From: Bigelowiella natans CCMP2755
Lineage: Eukaryota > Protista > Cercozoa
Length of the DNA: 64,000 nucleotides
NCBI GenBank assembly: GCA_000320545.1
Contig: ADNK01000053.1
Coordinates: 62,001-126,000 of the forward strand
Direction of reading: 5' to 3'
The position numbers and the translations under genes were made by a program. The notes under the pieces are model-generated. The model saw only the letters and a list, made by a program, of their open reading frames with translations, was not told the DNA's origin and did not search any database. Positions 51,871 through 64,000 of this stretch are shown one piece after another. Numbering within the stretch: the stretch's first letter is position 1; each line of letters starts with the position of its first letter.

Positions 51871-53167
51871 CTTGACGCCGACCTGTATTTCACATTCGAT
51901 AGAATTATTGCAGAGTTGATGGGCCGGTCGTTTGTGTTCTTCAGACCTCAGCGCCGCACTTAGCACAACTAACGGTAGTTGCCATCGTGCTCACTTCGTA
52001 TCTCGTTGCGCCACCAATAGCTTCGAGTACGAACTACCAAGACTCCCTGGCTGCGGCCAGAGGAGACCTGTGGAGGCGTTAGCAAGGGTAAAGGCTGAGA
52101 ATGAGACTACTGTTAGCTCCTCATTCTTGAGATGTGGTGTGTCAACTAAAACCAAAACTTTAATCGTTGGATTACGAAAAAACTCCGAATCCCGAAGAAC
52201 AATCATGACTGACGCAATCTGGTCCTTTAATAATGAGGTAGCCGAAAGCGTTCACATAACGAGGTGCTCGCTCTCGCTCTTCTTTTCCAACTGGAAGACT
52301 CGTCTGCCCAAATTACCACTCCCCGCTATTATCCCAACATCAATATACCACCATATCTAGTTTCCAACCGAAATCCTGCCGAAATTGGTATCTAGTTCCG
52401 ACTCACCTATTTTGTCCAAGTGAAGGAGGGGGACAACTGGATCGATGGAAAGATATTCAGTTTTGCATACCGTCCTCTGCCATTCATCAGCACTGCAAAT
52501 AACGACCCTAACCTGGCAGCGACATCAACATTGTCATGTCGCTATTAATTTTACACCAATTTGCCTGCGAGCTCAGTACCCATCCTGGACTATCGAATAT
52601 AAGACAACAAAATTAGGATGTTTACGGTAAATATACTTCGAATATACCGTTCGAAGTCTTCACTGCTTCCAGACTGAGTATTGCCAAAAGTAGCACTTAT
52701 AAGTATCAGTAAAACATCTAATAATATTGGTTCTGGTGGCCGATTGATCATCCAGGAACAGTTACACACTATTTTGGAAACGGTAAGACATCATGTTGTT
52801 TATGTCTTCACACATGATCTGTAGGACAGATGGTAGTCCTCCTTGCAGGGGATACTACGTCTACGACATGAAACGTAGCCATAAAACAATCATAAATCAA
52901 AGGAGGATCGTATGCGACACAATTGAATACTTTTTTTCCTTGTGAACACCATGCATTTTGGGCTACATTTTAGGCATAATTCGCTGTGTGCTCCAGCCTA
53001 ATATCCACGTGCTCTACGATGCCTCGGCACAGCAGCTCGGCATCCAAACAAAGAGAAGAGCCGGGACATGTTCATGGATGTTTTCCCACTGAAATTCGGT
53101 CTGTTTTCGGTTCCGTTTTGGGAAGGAATGCAATACAGAAAAGAACGGGGCAGATACGCCAGCAATC

Positions 53168-53860
53168 ATGGGCCAGGCCCTCCCGACCCGCTCATCGGTG
53201 TGCTCTCCCCATCCCATAGGACGATCCATCGTCTCACTGGTTGCATCTGTATGGCTATTGCAGGTGATATTCATTGGAGTGCTGGGGGTAGGAGCGGCCG
53301 CTCTGGAGGGCATATTCCAGCATAACATCTTCTACGACCATGAGTACATGTATGAGGCGTTCTTCACAGCCATAGAAAAACCTCTTTTCGTACATGACGA
53401 GGAAGAGGTCAGTTCTCCGACCCATTTCACGTGAATAGAGGTGTTGAACCACAGATTAGATCGTGACTTTATGGTTAATTTCCCATCTCTGCTGCAGTTG
53501 TTCAGAAAAAGCAGCATGAGCGCCCCGGTTTATGGAGAGATGACTTTCGAAGGAACGAGGAAGATGCTAAGGTTTTCTGGTGCATGAGATCCAACTATCT
53601 CCCTCCAACATCTCTTATCGTGATTATGTTGATGTTGCAGTGCTGTTGAGACGAAAGGGAAAGTCTTCTACGACCTAGGAAGTGGCTATGGTAGGAAGAA
53701 GATTTATATTTCCCACTGTGTTGTCCACATGCAAATCATAGTGATGTGATTGGGATCAATATTTGCATCTCGTACATCTGAGGATACATAAGCATACCAT
53801 TTACATATAGATCATGCGTGAGTGGGTTGGTTGTTGTGCGTGTGTCTGTGGGTGTCTGTT

Positions 53861-53895
<35 letters not shown>

Positions 53896-54879
53896 ATGCG
53901 AATGCGAATTGTATTCACTCAAATATAAAACTAAAAGCTGAGCATCCTTGTTTCTCTTCCGTTCTGACCTTGTAATATGATTGAGGTTCATTGATTATTA
54001 CATCCACGTTATGAATAGATAAGATGAGCACAAATGATAATAACGAAAGGTGCCCCCATTGTTGCAGCTGCTTGGCTATTTCCGGAATTGAAGAAAATGA
54101 TCGGAATTGAACTCTCCCCCAGCCGCCATCGCTACGCTGTGAAGGTATCCAAAAGGATGAAACCATCTCAAGTGAACGAAGTCATGGATATCTTATATTC
54201 AATGATTTTAATTGGCTTCGTCGTATCGAAACGCAGAGCAACAACAAAAATAATGCATTTTCAACGGATTCTGTTCTACTGCGGAACGAAAGACAATCCA
54301 TTCTTTGTTTGTTTGATAAATACTTGTTCACGCCTGCACATACAACGCCCATGAGGTACATGACCAACGCCAATGGCATTATACTGCTATTATTGCCACT
54401 ACATCGACGAAGACCAAGACGTTCTGCTACGACATTTTGTTCAGCAATGCCTCCCTTATAATCGGGTAACACGTACTCCTCCTTTCCGACACGATAGGCT
54501 AAGCGAAAGCTGTGCAGAGGCGTGCCGGATGATAAAATAGTTTTCCTGGTGAGTTGTAGAACAGGGCATAAGGCACGAGATATTACACAAAATAATTGAA
54601 TTTTCTGAGCATCCAACTAAGATAGTTTCTCTCTCAAGCGCTGTGGCCAGGGCAATGTAGTAGTAGTGCTACGTTAGAATGGAACGGCAGCTCTTGCACA
54701 CTATCACTGCTGTCACATTGATTCCGTCATTATTTAAGTCGGGGTCCAATCATTTCGAAAGAGATCATCTTCGCAACACCTATCTGTCGTTAGGAGCGCA
54801 CTGTTCGATTCGCTTGTCTTTGTTGCTTCATGATTGCTCTTAATAAAAAGAATATCTACACACACACACACACACACAC

Positions 54880-54963
<84 letters not shown>

Positions 54964-55078
54964 AATACAGCAAAAGAGTATGCTGGAGCACCCGCTTGAT
55001 GACGCTGATATTATCGTGAGAAAACAACGAGGAGGAGGAGAATGATGTTTTTTATACCTAAATAATTACATTAACACG

Positions 55079-55132
<54 letters not shown>

Positions 55133-56081
55133 TCTATTACTATATATGTCTTTATGTTGCGTCTAGTAGTCGATGCCAGTACTCGCTTATTGCGCTCTTA
55201 ATTGCTTTTCTTATGTATTTTACCACCCTTCATCCATCATGATCTATTGATATATACATCACCTCCTCTCGTTGGTTGCTAGTTCCTATCGAGTCTTTGC
55301 TTCTCCGATGAATTCATGCAAATTCTAGGTAGTGACAGATGATATCGATAATGATGATAATGTCCTGTAATGGGGTATAAGGAACAATGCGGAAAAGAGA
55401 ATCCTTTTTGCAACAACAGGCCATTTTCGCTACGAGACTTGACCATTAGCTAATGACCGCAGCTAGCACGACTCTCGTCGTCGGTTGCGCTTTCCTTATT
55501 CCTGTTGTTGTTAACAATTCGCTTCCAACTCGTTCAGGTGATTACTTGGACTCTCAGCTCAGGGCTGGCACGGTTGTGATGTCGTCGCGGGAAGTGCCGA
55601 TGAAAAGATCGAAGAAAGATGGCAAGGTGTGTTGCATCGTATGATGTGCATGTTGTAATGCAACTATGTGCGGAGCGGACTGGTGGAGGAGGAGATGTTA
55701 GAATCCCTGTGGAGTTTCAATGTCCGAAGATATTTTAGTAGGCGCATCAGTCGCCGATAATACACATGATATAAATCGTTGTTTTCAAAATGAATACTCA
55801 TTTTCAAATGCTTATGTTCTTTTTGTAGATATTTACAAAATCGTGGCTATATGTGTGTACGCTGTGCATAGCGTTTATAAATTCCGTGTCTCTTGATGGA
55901 CCGGATGAAACCTCTTCTTATGGGATGGTTGATTCATGTATTTTAGGTTAAGGTGGAAATGAGCTGGAACGACGCTCACTATCTTCACAAGTATACTATG
56001 GTCGACAACATTGACAATGACAAAAAAGAGAAAAAGAAGAATATTTTGCTGCCAAAGGAGAATAAAATACAGGCAAAATAG
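53168..56081 (+). CDS. DOT1-like class I SAM-dependent methyltransferase with N-terminal hydrophobic (signal/TM) segment
   Basis: Spliced motifs VYGEMTFEG, VFYDLGSGYG, IGIELSPSRH, PLDDADII|FLSSLCFSDEFM, LRAGTVVMS, VEMSW. The leader includes SIVSLVASVWLLQVIFIGVLGVGAAA and the tail is DNIDNDKKEKKK...QAK*. Confidence 0.8.
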
Positions 56082-56210
56082 AACGATAAATCTTTTAGTA
56101 AATTGCAACAATGTTGGCATGTTGATCATACCACCAAACGATCGATGCGTGCTGCCGCACAAGCTAGCGCAGCATTGCTAGACTGCGCACATGGAATTTT
56201 TCAGCATATA

Positions 56211-56255
<45 letters not shown>

Positions 56256-56262
56256 CGTATAA

Positions 56263-56851
56263 GACGGATGTAATGAAATGTTTCAATTTTTTCAATTGTC
56301 ATCCTAATGTAGCTATGTAAAGCAGCGGCTACAGCGCTTAAATTGTATCCATTTGTTTCCATTGTCACATGTTGCATGCACGCTTTCTATATGACGTATA
56401 TTATGTGCTGTGTGAAACGCTAGAACGGATGTAATGAAGTGATTAAGCATTTTCAATATTCATCCTAATGTAGCTGTGCAAAGCAGCGGCTACTACAGCG
56501 CTCATGTTGCGTCTCCATGCGTCTTTACTGTGTTTGTATCCTAGTAGCAGTGAAGCAGCTAGTAGCAGGTTGTCGCGAATTGAGAGAGCTCGACTTGCTT
56601 TCGTTAGCAAAGGCAATGCCAGCGCTGGTGGGATGCATGCTAGCATGATATACAATTAAGCGACATGAAGTTACTACTGTCAATGTGATTACCCATGACT
56701 TTGCGCACTGCTGCAGATTGCCAAATACATATCTCATTACAATGTGTTCGCGGCGGGCTGAACGCGATGTCAACGAACAAATCACTTTCTGCCCAGTGGT
56801 CATCCTTATTATATCCTAACAATGTAGCTGTGCAATGCATGCGGCGGCTAC
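56263..56851 (+). repeat. Degenerate array of the double-hairpin repeat (two units 161 bp apart plus partial copies)
   Basis: cggatgtaatgaa...ttttcaat..tcatcctaatgtagct(a/g)tg(t/c)aaagcagcggctac at 56263-56338 and 56424-56502; partial copies at about 56538 and 56813-56851. Confidence 0.85.
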
Positions 56852-57112
56852 GCATGGTATTGGTGAAATTGCGGCACTTGCATGCACCGCATGTGAATAT
56901 GTGAATGTGTGCGTAGAGATGTCCATGTTCTGACATCATTCTTGCGAAATCGTCAGTCTTTTGTCGCTCACATCTTTCTCATCACGTAGAAACATTCAAA
57001 TTCCAACCGTGACTAATCATTTGGTGTGATGCATGCCTGCAATAATTAAACACCGCTTCCGCGGTCAAAACGATGTTCTAGGGCAAATTCGGAATGTGGA
57101 TCCGCATTTCTA

Positions 57113-57449
57113 TCATTTCACAAGCCCTAGAAGTTCGGTTGCTACATCGTCCGCATCCATCATTGCTGGGAGAGCCTCGATGAGCTGAACATCAAATAAG
57201 AATCAATCGTTAATTCTTTGCATGAAAGGTGGTGGTGGTGGGAGTAGTAGTAACGTAGTAGTGGCAGTAGTAGCAGCGTCATCCCACTAAAAGTTGTTTC
57301 TTGCGTTTGCTCACCTGAGAAGAGTTTACGTCTTTTTGTCGTACCCCTTGAAGGGCTGCAAGGCACGTTGTGATTTCGTCTGGAGTCATTACTTCACCGT
57401 ACACTTTCATGATGTTGAGGAGGTCCTCTCGTTTGATTGCCTAAGTAAA

Positions 57450-57482
<33 letters not shown>

Positions 57483-58043
57483 AAGGGATGGTAATTGAAT
57501 CTTTGCCACAGTTGCTTCTTCCTCAAACGTGTACCTTCTCCTCATCGTCATGGATAAGCTTCTGTAGCGCTTCCTCAATCTCCCCACGTTTGAGGCCGAA
57601 AACAGAGCGGTGATTCACGTAGAGCCGCACTGCGTCCTTAAAGCAAACCTGAACAACGTGCAGTTGGGGTGTCTACGCCTTACTTATGCACTGCGGGGCT
57701 ATTTTCGCTCTAATGTTAAATCAGATTTGAATTCGGCTGATTTCACTGCCTCATCGTCGTCCTCCTACCCCTCCTATTTCTCATGTATGTCGGCATTGAT
57801 GTTGTGTTCGCACGCTCAGCTTGCTTTCGTGCTGTCTACTGCGAACTCCATCGATCATACCTGAGGTATTCCGTCTGGACCTGTCGGGTATGCTTCCGAT
57901 GCTAATTCTTGTTTCAGGTTGCAAATTTCGGATTCTGTCGGGAAGTATCCCATAGCGCGGAACAAATTCACAACCTATATAGGGGATGGGGGGGACCATC
58001 AGTATTCGCTCTCCAATCACACCGGCCGTGATATATACAATAT

Positions 58044-58082
<39 letters not shown>

Positions 58083-58457
58083 GATACAAACGTGATAAAA
58101 CCTGCTCCGGCGGGATGAGATTGGTGATTTTCCTCGCCTCCCTGGTGTCTATTCCCTGCTGCTTAAGCTGGCAGAGGTAGTAGAAATCTTTGAATTCTTT
58201 AAACGTCTCGCCCTCCTGACCGCCCTCCCCGAGCACGTTAGCAAATGCCTGGTTGGGATCCCCACCAAGGATGATGCTTGACTCTAAAGCATTCACAGAC
58301 ACTCTCCAAACGGTCACAACCTGAGGGATAGGTAGGAGGTATTCGAATCGATGGCGGGATTTGTTGTTTGCTTGTTGGTGCTGTGTTTGAAAGAAAAAAG
58401 ACGAAGAATTGCGACGTTTTTGGGGCAACACACACACGCACACACACACTCACACAC

Positions 58458-58506
<49 letters not shown>

Positions 58507-61043
58507 AAAGAGAGAGAAAAGAGAGAGAAAAGAGAGAGAAAAGGATAAAAACCTCGCTTTAATCTCAAGCAAAACTCTTTCGAAAAATGTGAACGTTAGT
58601 AGTACGTGATCGTCACTGCCTCCGGTGATTACGTAGCGTCCATCGCACGTGCACGCGCAAGAGGATATCTCGCCGCTGTGTGCAATGAGCGCAGAGCTTT
58701 TGAAAGGGTCCCCATCCAAAGGCAGCTTCAGTAGACCAGTCATCTTCGAATATCTGTTTAGGTGACGTTTTGTGTGTGCGTGTGTGTGTGTGGATGTGTG
58801 CGTGTATCAGTAAAAAGGATACAAAACATCGTGTAATCTCACGGTTCTCCTCTCCTTGCTTGATTTATTCATCTTTTCTTTCTCCTTCTTACGTGGAGTA
58901 GAAGAGGTATTGGGAGTCGTGCAATGTCTTTCCATCCTTTCCAATACTTGGAATAACTATCAGCTCGCTCACAGGCCCCCCGTACGTAGGTGCCAAGGTT
59001 GTTTTCACGCAGCGTAGTGTATCTGAGGATGACGATATATGGCGGCACTTAATTTCTCTTTCATATGATACATTTATATTAATGAGGGAAAATTCACATT
59101 CATCATCGTGATCATCGGCCATATTTGATTTAAAGCGTCATGTAAATCCTTGCTGCAATTACTACTACCCTTGGAGATGGTCTTAGATGCTTCCCCTGTG
59201 CTTTCATCATCTGCGTCCTCATCGTCGTCATCCTCATCGTTGTCATCATCGTCTTTTCCTCCCTTCTCATCTTGAGAATCGCTATTATTAGTGAACGACG
59301 GCAACTTGAGTCTGCTTTGTTCACCCCACAGCTTGATCTGGTAACCATTATTCGCACAGGCAAATCTTGGGTCAGTGCCTCCCAGCGGCAGGAGTGCTGT
59401 CGGGCTAGAACTTTCATCCGTCTTGGTTGTTGCCTTGAGGATTAGACCGCGGTTAATGCTACTTGAGGTCACATCGAATTCGTGCAAAAGCCGATCCTCT
59501 CCCACCGAGAATAACCGTGGAGTTATGTCTGCCATGACTCTGCTCTCGTATAGCGTCCCTGTTGCTACTCCTGACGACGACGACGATGACGATGGCGAAG
59601 AGCCCCAGGTGGGGGGGAGGAACGATATGGATGCAATTGCCTTGGTATGAGCACGGTGGCGACCTAAAGGTGAGTGGGTTTAGCGTGCTTAGCATTACGG
59701 AGCCTGCGAGAGCTTTATGCGTATGTGTGCGATTCATTGTTGCTACAACATTATCTGTTGACACACGTTTGTATGTTCCTAGTTTCCCTCATACCCCCTT
59801 CTCCTCGTCGGATCATTATATATTACTACTACTACTACTACTACTACTACTGCTGCTGCTGCTTTTGCTGCTACTACTATTTCTACTACCAATGTAGATC
59901 CATTCAATAGGTTTGTTCTTGCGCTCATCCCTGTGGTACCATCGGAACAACGCGACGTGACGACCGAGGTCAGAAGTTGCAATGTAATTTCCACACGGCG
60001 AGAAGACAATCCGGCTGATAGGCTGGCTCAACTCACCCATCTCCCTGTCAATCACGACTTCTATTTGTCCAGCCTCTAGAGCTTCCGAGAGGGGGGGGGT
60101 GCGTGGATTATCACTATCTTCTTTCTCCTCATTTTTCTGCTGGTTTTGTGTCTTATCCTTCTTCTGGAAGTTCAGGAACACTAGGCGTCCATTGCCAACT
60201 CCTAGAACCATTGATTTCCCGTCGGGATGAAATGCCGCTGCGGTGATGCCGCCGCTGCTGTTGCTTCCATCGAAAGTGTGGACATGTACAGCCTTGCGAA
60301 TCTTGAGGTTCCACAGCTTGAACACGCCAGATGTCGTCCCGGTCGCGAATAATGCGGGATCAGACGAATGGCATGCAACACACGACACCGGAGTGTCGAA
60401 CCCTAGGTGGAGCGGTGTGTTATTAGCGGAGAGCGTGGTAGGTAATATTTAGTGTTTCATGTTGTGTGTGTATGTGTACGTGTGTGTGTTTGTGTGTGTG
60501 TGTGTGTGTGTCTGCACACGCAAATAGCATCTCTACTTCTTCAGTTTATTTTGTTGACTCTCTCCTCCTCCTCCTCATCCTCCCCCTCCCCCGTCCCCCC
60601 TCACCGTCAATTAGCTTGTGGCCACGTCGTTTCTCGGGATGGATTTTCTTGAACATGCTCGCCTCCATACGGACGACCTTTCCCCTCGTCGTGGAAACAA
60701 GAAAATCAGGACAAGAAAAGGCCTCCTCCTCCCCTTCCTCCCCTGCTTCAGCTCCGCTGGAGGCGTGGCCGAGATCACCGTGCGCAAACGAGATTGAGTG
60801 AATTCCACCAGCCTTAATGTCTTCAAACCAGGCGATAGCCTTGATGTGAAAGTCAAAGAAACTAACAATACCGTCGTCACCGCCCACGATGATGTGCTTC
60901 CCACAGACTGTTATAAGATTCAGCTTGCTCCCAGAGCCCACCTTTATCGCCTTGACGGCCACACGACCCTACATAGTTTGACGTGGTTGTAGAGGAGAAT
61001 TTCTTATGTCTAAGGGAGGGTTGTACATGTGTATATTGATACG

Positions 61044-61114
<71 letters not shown>

Positions 61115-61192
61115 CATCGTTACTACATCGCTAGTCTGCTCGTCAACGTCAATGGGATTGTCCCAGAGAACGATATTGCCTGTTGAAACACA

Positions 61193-61235
<43 letters not shown>

Positions 61236-63153
61236 AAATAAATATGTAAGATATTAAGAGATGCCGTCCAATTATTTGCTCATACTCCCCCTCCTCCTCC
61301 CGCTACAAGTTATCAACCGACCGCTGGTTGTAATTGTCGTCACTTTTGAGCTGTTTGGTATGAAGGTAGACTGCGTCATCCATCCAACTTTGGCTTTGAT
61401 ACTCGAAATGCCCTTTCTTGGGATATGAGGCACAAGACGTCCGCCTTTCCAGCTCCAGAACACCATCTTTTTCTTCCCTGTGGGCGGAGCAACAAATTCA
61501 TATACACATCCATTTGTGTTATTTTTGTAACACTGCATGCAAAATTTGTATTTGTTTTCATTAAATTGATGGCGACATATAAATTCAAGATCCCGTTTGA
61601 ATCCAGAGTTTGGTATTTCCGGTAGAATCGATACAAAGTTTCATTGTTTCTTTATTCATTCTGATAAATGTAGATAGTGTACATGCAGAATTGTTTGTTC
61701 TTTGGCACCGTACCGTTTGTCAAAAGCTCAAGCTGATTGCTCTGGTTGAACCGAACGCAATGCTGAAATTCATGGCCCTTTTCGAATTCTATTTTTACGA
61801 CTGGCTTAGATGATGTGTGCTCTCGATCCCAGATGGCAATTGCCTGAGGCAACGAAACCCATGTTATTTCACACCGAGGAAGAAGAGGAACTCGCGGAAG
61901 ATATATCCACGGCCAACTACAGTGGAAATGGTCAGAGAAAGAAAAACTATAGTGACCTGTGGGTTTCGGTCTTTGCTGAGCGCTACGACAAATCTTGAGT
62001 CTGCAGACATGTCTGCGTCTATTACACCCTCTTGGAAGGGAGACATGATGGTCTGATGTAAATGTAACCAGAATCATTTTGACTATATTACAACGCTGAG
62101 GACGATAATGCATTGCAGAAGGAGGAAAGAGAGCTGAGCAAAAGTAAATCTGTTTGTGGAGCCCAAATCTGCTTTGTGATATCTTTCGATATGGAGGGAA
62201 GATGCATCGCCGCACAGTCTCTCCAACCTCCCACTCCTAAGATAGCCTCCTCTTCACCTTTAAAGCTGTGCATGACTTTGTGTCCCAGAACACCATGATA
62301 TTGTCCGGTCCAGTTTCCGCCGTAACGACGATATTTCGGTCCTAAAAGAAAGTAGAGATTGAGACCACGAGCAGCTTTTGTTTGTGTATCAATCAATACT
62401 AGAATGGAAACTTTTAATTTCATATATAAATAACTTTCCACAAGTACGTGTGCAACACACACACACAAAGCACACCACAACACGCATGAAGAAGGCTGTC
62501 CTAGGTAATTATTTTTAATATGTTTTACTTTAGACAAGCACATTGCCGTAATGTCACTTGTATGCCCTCTTAAAAATTTCTGTTCCCCTGTCTTCAGGTC
62601 AGATACAACGCCTGGATTATCAGTAGCAGCAGTACGCAGCAAACAATTTTTTCAAGCGTGCCTCTCAGTTGATGAGAAGTTACTTATTTTCTTGATAACT
62701 ATGGTAAACTTATGATATCGAGAATAACATACCTGTGTGGCCAACTACGTAGAAAAATCTACGCTTCCCATTAGATGTGAGGTACGCCAGAGTCCCCGGT
62801 GTATGAGGTGTCAATCCAGCCGACCAAACGGGAGATAATGTTTCCGGCTGTTTCACGAAAACGTGTATCAGAAACACAACACAATAGCTCACCAAACCGG
62901 CGCTTCAAACAGGTGTCGAATGGTTCAACACTCACTTTAAGATCAATTTCCACTAAAATTCAAAATTGCCAAGCTACACACAGGCCTCGTGTGCACGAGA
63001 ATGAGCTCAAAACCGTCAAGACGGCGAGCACGTCGAGAGGGAAAGAGAGACAAAAATGAGAAGTATTTTATGCACTACCGTATCTTCGGTGTTGCCATAG
63101 TCCACTATCTCCTTGGCGCCGGAGTGTTTCATATCAACCTTTGATTCATCCAT
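57113..63153 (-). CDS. CFAP251: Cilia- and flagella-associated protein 251 (WDR66): WD40 repeats + C-terminal EF-hand-like region
   Basis: Exon peptides YVVGHTG, QKFLRGH, QHCVRFN...ELLTNG, TQSTFIP, GNIVLWD, GIVSFFDFHIKAIAWFEDIKAGGIHSISF, FSPCGNYIATSD...EWIYIG, RLFSVGEDRLLHEFD, CVKTTLAPTYGGP, LPLDGDP...LIAHSGEI, FYYLCQLKQQG, RAMGYFPTESEI, LYVNHR, YGEVMT, ...ATELLGLVK*. Confidence 0.9.
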
Positions 63154-63503
63154 GGCGGGAATCGAGGAGGAGGGACACGCCACAGAGGACGCAGGTGGGG
63201 GAATACACGAGGAGGAAACGCTATGTCAGTTTCAAGTGGAGTATACATTCAGACATACCTCGTACATGAACAGATACATAAATTAAAAAAATGTTGGAAT
63301 ATTTTCATATGCGACAACATTTTGTATTTTATTTTTAATATCTAAAATCCCTTCCATTTAAGTATCTCTGGGTGTCTCTGAGCCCAAATTCTTGGTAATC
63401 CCGAAGAAATCCAATCATATCACGGTTAGAAATCGTATTTTCCTTTCAATTATACAAATATATATGTCGTCCCTTATCTATACTTTTGATTTAGAAACAT
63501 TCG

Positions 63504-64000
63504 ATGCACAGTTCATTCGAAGATGATCTGGCTCATAGACTTCAGAGATCCCTTTTGCGGGAACAAATGTCCCAGTTAGTAACCGAGAGTGGATCCATAA
63601 TGCATCTTATCAGCTATAATTTATTATTACGACATCCGTGTGAAGGTGTTAGTGTCGAATTTGCTCCAGAACAATGTGTCTGGAAGTCAGAAATGCTTGC
63701 TCTATTTCGAAAACGAAGCATGCTTATCGTGTAATACATAGAAGAGACATGAAGAATTTCATGTCGTATATTGAAAATCACAAACGTCGTCCAAGCTTTA
63801 TTTAGTTGAGCTACTTCCTGTCACTTTTTAGATCTGGCACGCCCCCCCCTTCCCGTTACTTTCCACTGACTTAATCAAGGTAAATGTTGAGAACAATCGG
63901 TGAAAAACATGTCTAGCACTATATGGCAGCTGTCCTTTTTGTGAAATCGAAGAGGAAGCTTTATCCACTCTTCTATTTGCCTCTATCAGAAGACAAGCTT
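63504..64000 (+). CDS. Probable 5' part of an unidentified multi-exon gene, running off the window end
   Basis: Short AG/GT-bounded open segments (MHSSFEDDLAHRLQRSLLREQMSQL; SVEFAPEQCVWKSEML; IWHAPPFPLLSTDLIK|gt) divergent from CFAP251. No domain recognised. Confidence 0.3.

Noticed and set aside
56263-56851. CRISPR-like repeat-spacer array
   Set aside because: Units are long, degenerate and irregularly spaced, the context is eukaryotic, and there are no cas genes.
8226-61240. Strand bias of intronic microsatellites (TG/TC on the sense strand), or their exclusion near promoters
   Set aside because: Counter-examples exist: sense (CA)n at about 9356, 11945 and 33157, and SSRs in first introns at about 23321 and 29792.
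675-61241. ORF-track peptides with YIYIY/THTHT/CVCVC/LSLSL runs
   Set aside because: These are translations of intronic dinucleotide repeats, not proteins.
9642-63153. Functional flagellar gene cluster (TTLL, polycystin-like, CFAP251)
   Set aside because: The genes are tens of kb apart with unrelated genes between them, as expected by chance in a flagellate genome.

Overview
Gene-dense, intron-rich eukaryotic nuclear DNA with GT-AG introns, many filled with (CA)n/(TA)n/(GA)n and trinucleotide microsatellites. Flagellar genes point to a flagellated protist. The overall style resembles a chlorarachniophyte/rhizarian, but that is an inference. The ORF track is mostly intron read-through, so I rebuilt gene models by hand from splice sites and exon boundaries are approximate. 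Recognisable genes: peroxisomal 2-enoyl-CoA hydratase 2 ending in PTS1 -AKL (-); TTLL tubulin polyglutamylase (-); a divergent MPG/AAG-like protein (+); class-III PLP aminotransferase (-); DUF1295 membrane protein (+); a secreted granulin-like protein (-); a very large NHL-mucin-REJ-GPS-TM-PDZ polycystin-1-like receptor (+); an FGD-like RhoGEF with two DH-PH-FYVE cassettes (-); a DOT1-like methyltransferase with an N-terminal hydrophobic leader (+); and CFAP251/WDR66 (-). There are also several orphan or partial genes. The most notable observations are: (1) a granulin domain missing exactly two complete disulfide pairs; (2) an MPG-fold protein that seems to lack catalytic/intercalating residues and carries a long acidic insertion; (3) a double-hairpin repeat present in two convergent intergenic spacers 54 kb apart; (4) the mosaic polycystin-like receptor; (5) a possibly secretory-pathway or periplastid-targeted DOT1-like enzyme. 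I saw no rRNA, tRNA, CRISPR array or intact transposon.
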